From: Armatimonadia bacterium
GTDB taxonomy: Bacteria; Armatimonadota; Zipacnadia; Zipacnadales; UBA11051
Reading direction: 5' to 3'
Length of the DNA stretch: 22,429 bases
Assembly (NCBI GenBank): GCA_039683575.1
Contig: JBDKRC010000340.1
Location: 1 to 22,429, forward strand
Shown here: in pieces, positions 15,854 to 22,429 of the stretch
Numbering within the stretch: the stretch's first letter is position 1
Layout of the letters: each line of letters starts with the position of its first letter
Made by a program: the position numbers and the translations under genes
Notes under the pieces: model-generated
Database searches by the model: none
Seen by the model: only the letters and a program-made list of their open reading frames with translations
Told to the model about the DNA's origin: nothing

Positions 15854-17083
15854 ATGAAGGCAACAGGTCAGACACTGCGCCTGCGCATGGGCGCGGCCAG
15901 CATCGATTGCGAAGTTGAGTTACCGCTCCCGGCCGGGTGGGACGCCACGGTCTATGCGCCCCGGGACCGGGCCGCGCTGACCGACGCGGGCCTTCAGAAG
16001 GCCCTGGAGCATCCGGTAGGGGCCGAGCCCATCTCGGTGGCCGCGCGGGGAGCGCGAACGGCCGTGCTGCTCGTGGACGATTTCCGGCGCCCCACGCCGG
16101 CCGAGAGACTCTGCCGCGCCGTATTGGATCAGTTGCAGGCCGCCGGCATCCCCCCCAAGCAAGTCAGCATCATCCTGGGCAACGGCGCGCACCGTGCCAT
16201 GAACCGCCGGGAGGTCTGCAAACGCCTCGGCACGCTGTGCGACACGGTTGGTCAGGTCGTTTCTCATGACGCGTATAGCCCCAGGGTGACCTTCAAGGGC
16301 CTCACGTCGGCTGGCACCCCCGTGCTGGTCAACGAGGTAGCCGCCCAAGCGGACTTCTCGGTCTCGATCTCCTGCGTCTACCCACATCGACTGGTCGCGT
16401 GGGGCGGCGGCGCGAAGATGGTCCTGCCGGGCATCACACATGTCTCCACGACCCATTTCCATCACGGGCGACTTGGCGGAGGGGAATGGGGCGGGCCGCC
16501 CCATGGAAGCGCCTCGCGCCGTGACCTCGAGGAGGCCGCCGCCCTCTTCGGGCTCAATGCCTCTCTCTGCGCGGTCATTAACTCCCGCAAAGAGCTATGC
16601 GGTCTCTACGCCGGTGATCCCACCAAGGCCCACCGCTCCGCCATTGCTCTCGCCCGCAAGGTTGGCGATACGCCGGTAGATAATGCCCATCCCGACCTGA
16701 TCATCGCCAACGCCTTCCCCTTCGACGCCGACGGCACACAATACACCAAGGCCCAGGCCCCGGCGCTGCAGTTCGACTGCCCGGTGCTGATGCTCAACGA
16801 TTTTGCCGACCCCAGCATCTACCACGGCCTCTACCACGGTCCCCTCAAGCAGTACAACGAGCGCCCGCCGCTGCAGCCAGTGGAGCACACCGAAGAGTTG
16901 CTCATGAAGGCGCAAGTGTTTTTCTACTCGCCGCAATACGGCAAGGGCTTCGTGCCCCCCGACCGCACTTGGTACTGCGACGATGATTGGCCACGGCTGA
17001 TGGCGGCCATGGCCCGTCGCTTCAAGCAGGCCAAGGTCGCCGTTTTCCCTGCGGCGCCGCTGCAGATACCCCGAGTCGTCTAG
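15854..17083 (+). CDS. Lactate racemase (LarA) superfamily nickel-pincer racemase/epimerase
   Basis: ALEHPVG, DDFRRPTP, GAHR, G.TSAGTPV..N, PH...WGGGAKMVLPG, HFHH, QYTKA. Start reassigned to ATG 15854 (AGGAG RBS) because the ORF-track start overlaps the upstream gene by 377 bp. Confidence 0.88.
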   Translation: MKATGQTLRLRMGAASIDCEVELPLPAGWDATVYAPRDRAALTDAGLQKALEHPVGAEPISVAARGARTAVLLVDDFRRPTPAERLCRAVLDQLQAAGIPPKQVSIILGNGAHRAMNRREVCKRLGTLCDTVGQVVSHDAYSPRVTFKGLTSAGTPVLVNEVAAQADFSVSISCVYPHRLVAWGGGAKMVLPGITHVSTTHFHHGRLGGGEWGGPPHGSASRRDLEEAAALFGLNASLCAVINSRKELCGLYAGDPTKAHRSAIALARKVGDTPVDNAHPDLIIANAFPFDADGTQYTKAQAPALQFDCPVLMLNDFADPSIYHGLYHGPLKQYNERPPLQPVEHTEELLMKAQVFFYSPQYGKGFVPPDRTWYCDDDWPRLMAAMARRFKQAKVAVFPAAPLQIPRVV

Positions 17084-17123
17084 TTGCCGTCAGGGGGCTC
17101 AAGGCCCCCAACCCGGAGGTGCG

Positions 17124-20100
17124 ATGATGAGAGTCTGGCACGCCCTGCTTCTGGCGGTCGTCATGGCAGCAACCTCGGCACTCGCGGTACCCCTTACTAC
17201 CGGCGACGGCCTATCCCTGGATATCGGCTCCACCGGCCGGGTTACAGCGGTCAGCCTCGGCGGCAAGCCCCTGCCGCTGAAGTCTGACGGGGGCTTCGCC
17301 ATCGCTGACTTCAGGCACCAGCCGGACCCGGTGAACCTTGTTCCAAATGGTGACTTCGAGAACGGGACCACTGGCTGGGGTCTGGATAAGTACCAGACCC
17401 TCGACACCACCGTAGCCCACTCCGGCAAGGCCTCGGTAAGGCTGGCCGTTCCGGGACCCGCGCCGGCCCAGACCACGCTGCAGGTCTTCGTGCCTGTGAA
17501 GCCCAGCACGCGCTACAAGGTTGGGATGTGGCTCCGGCGGGAGAAGGTTGGCGTCTGCGGCGTCTATTCGTCCGAGCGTGGCGAGCAGGGGCAGATAACG
17601 GGCAAACAGGGGCAGGTGGGCACCTGGATCCCCAAGGTGGACGGTGAATGGCTGCCGCTAAGCTGGGAGATCACCACCGAGCCCAAGACCACCAGGCTCT
17701 CGCTGCGCGGGGATATCTACAACTCGACGGGCACGCTCTGGCTCGATGACTTCTTCGTGCAGGAGATGACCGATCAGCTATACGAGCCGGTCAGTGGCAA
17801 GGTCACCTCTGACAAAGACGGGCTCAAGTTTGCGGGGAGCCTGCCCGAGCGCGGACTGACTGTGGAGGCCACGCTGCAGGGCGACAAGCAGTGCCTGCGC
17901 GTCAATGGCGTCGTGACCGATACCACAGGCGAGGACCGGGCTATCGGCCTGCGCTTCGCCCTTCCGCTTGACCTCACCGGCTGGAACTGGTGGACCGAGC
18001 CTGAAGAGAAGCAGGCGATTGAGCCGGGCCAGCCCTCGTACCGCTACACCTACAACTGCCAGTCAGGCACCGGCAAGTGCTCTGTGTACCCCTGGTCGGC
18101 GCTGACGGGCCAGCAGGCAGGCCTCAGCCTGGCTCTGCCACTGTCACAGGGCCCTCGCGTCTTCCTCCTCGAGTACCAGCCCCTGAGTACTGATGCCGAA
18201 CGAGTTGCGTCCAGTGGTCTGACCCTCACCTTCTTCTTTGGCCTGACCAAAGACGCCGGGAACAACCCCTCCCGCGCTCCGTTCTCGTTCGTCATCTACC
18301 CCGTTGAGCCCCAATGGGGCATGCGCTCGGCCATGGCGCGGTACTATTCCCTCTTCCCCGAGTCGTTCGTCAAACGCCCCACCTTCGAGGGCTACCTCAA
18401 CTACGCCCAACTGGAGACCTTCGACCCCAAGACGCACAACCTGATTGTCAACCGCAAGCCGATCGCTGACGCGAGCGACTGGGGCGAGGGGTACAAGTTC
18501 CTCAACCATGTCCACGGCTGCTATGATTATCGCCAAATCCCCTATGACGACCCCAAGCTGCCCTCCGATGAGAAGGTCTTTTCGCTCCTGAATCAGATGA
18601 TTGAAGCTGACAAGACCGCCAAGTACATTCCCTATGTGCCCAATGCGGACACGGTCAAGAAGATCTGCTTTGGGCCGAAGGGCGAAATTGAGTACATCGG
18701 TGACACGAAGTACTGGCGGGCACAGGAGGGCTATAACCACACTGACAAGCCCGGCTGGGGGCTCAACTTCCGCGTGAATGAGGACCCCGGCATCTCACCG
18801 TTCCTGATGGAACGGGACCGGACCAAGGCGGAGGAGTACTCGAAGACCGAGCATCTGCCCTGGGACGCTTGTTTCACCGCCGACGCCATCGAGGGCTACA
18901 TGTCCAACTCCGCCGCCCTCGACTATCGGCGCGAGCACTTCAGGCCCACGCTGCCACCGCTGACCTTCGGCAAGGCGAACCTGCAGCCCGCTTTGGTGAA
19001 CACGATCTGGGACTTCCACGAGAAGGCCTGGAAGCCGATCACAGACCAGTACAAGGTCGCCACCTACGGTAATGCCAACGGCTACGAGCAGTGCTTCACG
19101 CTGCCCTATGTGGATGTCCCCATGACCGAGGGGAGCTGGGACCCGCAGCATCCGGGGCGGCTGGACCGCTATCTGCGGGGCATGGCTCACCACAAGATCT
19201 GGCGCTACTGGCATGCATGGGACCAGAATGGTGGCTATGGGGATAAGGACCCGACCAACGTCCGCTTGCAGCTTCAGCGCTGCCTGCAGTACGCCATCTA
19301 CCCGCCTGTCTACTGCATCGAGGCTTCAACAGCCAATCTTGAGCAGTGGCGCGCCGAGTTCAGACAGTACGTCCCGGCCATCGAGGAGCTATCTGCCGCC
19401 GGCTGGGAGCCCATTCCGTACGCTACCGCGACCAATGGCGTCGTAGTCGAACGCTACGGCAGCTTCGCCAATGGCACGCTGCACTTCACTCTTCGCAACG
19501 AGACAGAGAAGCCACTCGAGACGGTGCTGACACTGGATGCTAAGGCGCTGGGCATTCCGGCCAACGCGAAGCTGCTCACGCAGGATATCCTCCCCGGTGC
19601 GCCGTGCTTCGACCCGCTCCCCGCCACCGGACATGCTGCGAAGCTGGAGCCGGGACAGACGCTGGCCCTTTGGGTGGGTACGCGACTACAGGGTGCGCAA
19701 AACGGCTTCCGACTGGCGGCGGCGACGCTGGGGAAGCTGCAGCGGATGTATGCAGCCGAACTGAAGGACCCGGCGAACCAGAAGACGCTGCAGGAGCTTG
19801 CACAGCTCCTTCGCAGCGGTGGTGCTGCCGACGAGAAGCAGTGCCTCGACCTGTCGGTTCAGTGCGCGAAGCTCATCGCTCCAATCCAGGTGAGCGATCT
19901 CAACCCTCCCGACCTGGTCAAGCTGCTCTACCGCGCCAGTACCGCGGTGTCCTACGCCCCGGCGGCCCTGCTTGACCTAGGGATCGCAGCCCCTCGCGTG
20001 GTTGAAGGAGTGCCTGCCGGGCAGGCTACCGCGGTCAACGTGGCACTTCACAATCCGCGGAACGTGGCGGTCAGCGACCTCAAGACGGCCGTCTTCTCAC

Positions 20101-21179
20101 CGTGGTCTGAGATCGAGGCACAGTCGAAGTCAGAGCCGGGGAAAGTCTCACTGGCGGTGCCGGCCTCCCCTCAGCGCAGTCTGCTACCATGCGTGGTCAA
20201 GTACTCAGGCTCCGCAGCCAAGACACCCTTTGTCATTTACACACCCATCGACCTCGTCCTCGGCGCCTCCGTTAGCGCCTCCATCCAACCCCTCCGCGTC
20301 TTCCGTGGCAGCGAACGGAAGCTGGTGCTCTCCTTCACGAACAACCTCGACACGGCCGGGACGGTCAAACTTAAGCTGACACCGCCCGCCAAGACCACGC
20401 TTGACGTCACCGAGGCCGCCCTGCAGTTCCCCGCCAAGGGGACAGTGCAGCAGCCGCTGACGATGACCTTGCAGCCCACCACCTTCCTCGGTGAGACCCG
20501 GATCGGCTACACGCTCACCAGTGACGACCCCCGTTTCAACACGCAGGGCACCGTCGAGATCACCGTCAGCGACCCCGTGCCACAGCTTCCGATCAAGCGA
20601 ACCGGGACGCCACCGGCCATTGACGGAAAGCTCGATGATGCTGTATGGCAGGGGCCGCCGTCCATCCCGGAGTTGCGGCTTCTCTCGAATGGCGATCCCG
20701 CTACCGAGAAGACCGCCGTATGGACTACCTACGACGACAAGGGTCTCTACGTCGCGCTCCGCTGCGCCGAGTCCCAGATGGCCAAGCTCGTGGCGAAACA
20801 CACGGACCGCGGCGCGCCTTTGTACCTTGATGATGACGTGGAGTTGTTCATCTCCGTCCCGAGCAAAGTCCAGGACGGCCTGCTGACGGTGGATACAACA
20901 AAGGTCTACCAGCTCGCAATCAACGCCAATGGAGCGCAAAGCGACAACTTTGGCAACAAGACTGACTGGAAAGCCGCCGCACAGAAGGGGGAGCGCGACT
21001 GGACCGTTGAGGTCTTCATCCCTTACGCCGCCATAGGGGTGACCGGACCGCCCTCGCCAGGGCTGCCGTGGGGGATGCAGTTTGGCCGCCAGCAGAAAGC
21101 CAAGGGCGAGACGACCTCCTGGACGAAGGGGCAGTCCTTCATCCAGAAAGATGGCTTCGGGGAGATTGTGTTCGAGTGA
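17124..21179 (+). CDS. Large secreted protein: CBM4/9-like module, unknown central catalytic-like domain, Ig-like linkers, C-terminal CBM9-like sugar-binding domain
   Basis: Signal peptide (ALA|VP), NLVPNGDFE...WLDDF, C-terminal PAIDGKLDDAVW...YDDKGLYVA...DDVELFI...WTVEVFIPY, RBS GGAGG. Confidence 0.78.
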   Translation: MMRVWHALLLAVVMAATSALAVPLTTGDGLSLDIGSTGRVTAVSLGGKPLPLKSDGGFAIADFRHQPDPVNLVPNGDFENGTTGWGLDKYQTLDTTVAHSGKASVRLAVPGPAPAQTTLQVFVPVKPSTRYKVGMWLRREKVGVCGVYSSERGEQGQITGKQGQVGTWIPKVDGEWLPLSWEITTEPKTTRLSLRGDIYNSTGTLWLDDFFVQEMTDQLYEPVSGKVTSDKDGLKFAGSLPERGLTVEATLQGDKQCLRVNGVVTDTTGEDRAIGLRFALPLDLTGWNWWTEPEEKQAIEPGQPSYRYTYNCQSGTGKCSVYPWSALTGQQAGLSLALPLSQGPRVFLLEYQPLSTDAERVASSGLTLTFFFGLTKDAGNNPSRAPFSFVIYPVEPQWGMRSAMARYYSLFPESFVKRPTFEGYLNYAQLETFDPKTHNLIVNRKPIADASDWGEGYKFLNHVHGCYDYRQIPYDDPKLPSDEKVFSLLNQMIEADKTAKYIPYVPNADTVKKICFGPKGEIEYIGDTKYWRAQEGYNHTDKPGWGLNFRVNEDPGISPFLMERDRTKAEEYSKTEHLPWDACFTADAIEGYMSNSAALDYRREHFRPTLPPLTFGKANLQPALVNTIWDFHEKAWKPITDQYKVATYGNANGYEQCFTLPYVDVPMTEGSWDPQHPGRLDRYLRGMAHHKIWRYWHAWDQNGGYGDKDPTNVRLQLQRCLQYAIYPPVYCIEASTANLEQWRAEFRQYVPAIEELSAAGWEPIPYATATNGVVVERYGSFANGTLHFTLRNETEKPLETVLTLDAKALGIPANAKLLTQDILPGAPCFDPLPATGHAAKLEPGQTLALWVGTRLQGAQNGFRLAAATLGKLQRMYAAELKDPANQKTLQELAQLLRSGGAADEKQCLDLSVQCAKLIAPIQVSDLNPPDLVKLLYRASTAVSYAPAALLDLGIAAPRVVEGVPAGQATAVNVALHNPRNVAVSDLKTAVFSPWSEIEAQSKSEPGKVSLAVPASPQRSLLPCVVKYSGSAAKTPFVIYTPIDLVLGASVSASIQPLRVFRGSERKLVLSFTNNLDTAGTVKLKLTPPAKTTLDVTEAALQFPAKGTVQQPLTMTLQPTTFLGETRIGYTLTSDDPRFNTQGTVEITVSDPVPQLPIKRTGTPPAIDGKLDDAVWQGPPSIPELRLLSNGDPATEKTAVWTTYDDKGLYVALRCAESQMAKLVAKHTDRGAPLYLDDDVELFISVPSKVQDGLLTVDTTKVYQLAINANGAQSDNFGNKTDWKAAAQKGERDWTVEVFIPYAAIGVTGPPSPGLPWGMQFGRQQKAKGETTSWTKGQSFIQKDGFGEIVFE

Positions 21180-21233
21180 GGCGCTTTCGAGGCTGACGAC
21201 GCAATCGGTGAGGGACTGAGCGGGAAAGCAATA

Positions 21234-21273
21234 ACGCCCTGCCCATACGACTTGCGTGGGCAGGGCGTCGTTT
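21234..21273. terminator. Probable bidirectional intrinsic terminator between convergent genes
   Basis: 12-bp stem ACGCCCTGCCCA (21234-21245)/TGGGCAGGGCGT (21257-21268), flanked by AATA and CGTTTG. Confidence 0.75.
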
Positions 21274-21287
21274 GTCAGAGGCCGGCC

Positions 21288-22169
21288 CTACAGGCCGAGT
21301 AGTCTCACCACATTGCCGTGAGTGACTTTGTCATACACGGTCTGGCTGATGTTGCCCTCACTAGCCATCGTGCCGAATGTGCGGACGATGTTGCCATACA
21401 ACTCACCCGGCGCGCACACATCGGTCCCGAACAGTAGCCGGTCCTGAAACTCCTCCAGGAAGCGGTATCCGAACTCCGGGTCGCGGGTGATGGCATTGAG
21501 CCCGCTGCCGGCTGACATATCACCCCACAGGTTGTCGTACCTGCGCATCAGTTCCACTACCCGCCCCTCCTGCACCGGTCCAGACGGATAGCCGCCCCAG
21601 TTTGCCTCGCTCACGTCAGCCGAGATGTGCGCCCAGAAGGGTTGCGAATGGGCCAGGAAATTGAGCTTCGGAAACATCCCCAGGACCTTCTCCAACCGTG
21701 GCAGCCCCACTTCGTCCACCAGTCCATACGCATCATGATCTCTGGTCGCTATATGGAACGTCATGGGAAGGCCTGCCGCTTCGATGTGCCCCAGCATGTT
21801 CAGCACCAGCGGATCGTCCCACCACAGGTTGCATGACATCTCCCCCACGCCTTTGCATCCCAGCGCCTTGTAGTGCTCCAGCAGTGGCCCGAAGTCCGTC
21901 TTCTCGCTATTCCCCTTCTGGCGCGGGTCAATGTTGCAGAACGGGATAATCCGGTCTGGGTATAGGGCCGCCATATCCAGCACGTTCTCGGTGGTCTGCA
22001 GGACGAAATCATTCTCATGGTTGGAGATGGGCAGTACCACCCCTCTGTCTATGCCCAGGTCGTCCCATACCGCTACCAACTCCGCAGGTGACATGAACTT
22101 GATGAAGGCGGGATTGGCACGCTGCGCCGGGTCATGGTACAAGATGCTGTGGCTGTGAATGTCAATCAT
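21288..22169 (-). CDS. Amidohydrolase family (Amidohydro_2) metal-dependent hydrolase
   Basis: IDIHSH metal motif, KGVGE, TFH, LAH, LLFGTD, final N..RLLGL. Confidence 0.9.
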   Translation of the reverse strand: MIDIHSHSILYHDPAQRANPAFIKFMSPAELVAVWDDLGIDRGVVLPISNHENDFVLQTTENVLDMAALYPDRIIPFCNIDPRQKGNSEKTDFGPLLEHYKALGCKGVGEMSCNLWWDDPLVLNMLGHIEAAGLPMTFHIATRDHDAYGLVDEVGLPRLEKVLGMFPKLNFLAHSQPFWAHISADVSEANWGGYPSGPVQEGRVVELMRRYDNLWGDMSAGSGLNAITRDPEFGYRFLEEFQDRLLFGTDVCAPGELYGNIVRTFGTMASEGNISQTVYDKVTHGNVVRLLGL

Positions 22170-22200
22170 GGTCTGTTCTCTTCCTATTCAGATTAGGGAG

Positions 22201-22429
22201 CTACTCCCCGCCGCCTGTCCGGTCACAGATGACTGCGGCGGTCTTCTTCCCGCTATCAAGATATCGAGCAATCAGTGCGACAAGCCAGGCCGCCATGAGT
22301 ATCCCTGCCGCCCACATGCGCCAGACGAATGTCCATGCTGCGTCGGAGCCACGACTAGCTCCCAGGCGGTCCAATGCCTGCCCCGACAGCCATCCCGAAA
22401 GGGCGGAGCCGACGTAGCCTGAGGCGTCC
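22201..22429 (-). CDS. C-terminal fragment of an MFS transporter (GlpT/UhpC-like); the gene starts beyond the window
   Basis: Translated by hand: DASGYVGSALSGWLSGQALDRLG...AAWTFVWRMWAAGILMAAWLVALIARY...GE*. This resembles TM11-12 of OPA-family MFS. TAG at 22203-22201. Confidence 0.7.
   Translation of the reverse strand, partial: DASGYVGSALSGWLSGQALDRLGASRGSDAAWTFVWRMWAAGILMAAWLVALIARYLDSGKKTAAVICDRTGGGE

Noticed and set aside
17093-17109. GGGGGC/GCCCCC hairpin as a terminator
   Set aside because: Only 6 bp with no U tract; at most an mRNA stability element.
22159-22422. Small + strand ORFs at the right edge
   Set aside because: Antisense to the MFS C-terminal fragment.
1-22429. CRISPR array, tRNA/rRNA, IS or phage genes, defence systems
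   Set aside because: No regularly spaced DNA repeats, RNA gene signatures, or transposase/integrase/nuclease motifs were seen.

Overview
High-GC bacterial window, probably Armatimonadota (inferred from a prepilin/DUF1559-type N-terminus '[40 protein letters not shown]' at the left edge). It holds about 13 genes, two of them truncated at the edges and absent from the ORF track: the DUF1559-type protein and an MFS C-terminus. Most of the window looks like an uncharacterised glycan/sugar-acid utilisation region. Four large signal-peptide proteins carry CBM4/9-like modules: a DUF4838-type protein, a heparinase II/III-like + FG-GAP protein, and two unknown barrel-type proteins. A probable five-gene + strand operon (11510-21179) encodes a divergent spore-photoproduct-lyase-like radical SAM enzyme, a secreted unknown, a Gfo/Idh/MocA oxidoreductase, a LarA-family nickel-pincer epimerase and a 1351-aa secreted protein. 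Also present are an SsuA-like lipoprotein without adjacent ABC partners and with a hairpin-containing leader, a threonine ammonia-lyase, an amidohydrolase, a GntR-type palindrome and a bidirectional terminator. No rRNA, tRNA, CRISPR or mobile element was seen. All family calls come from motif recognition by eye, not database searches.
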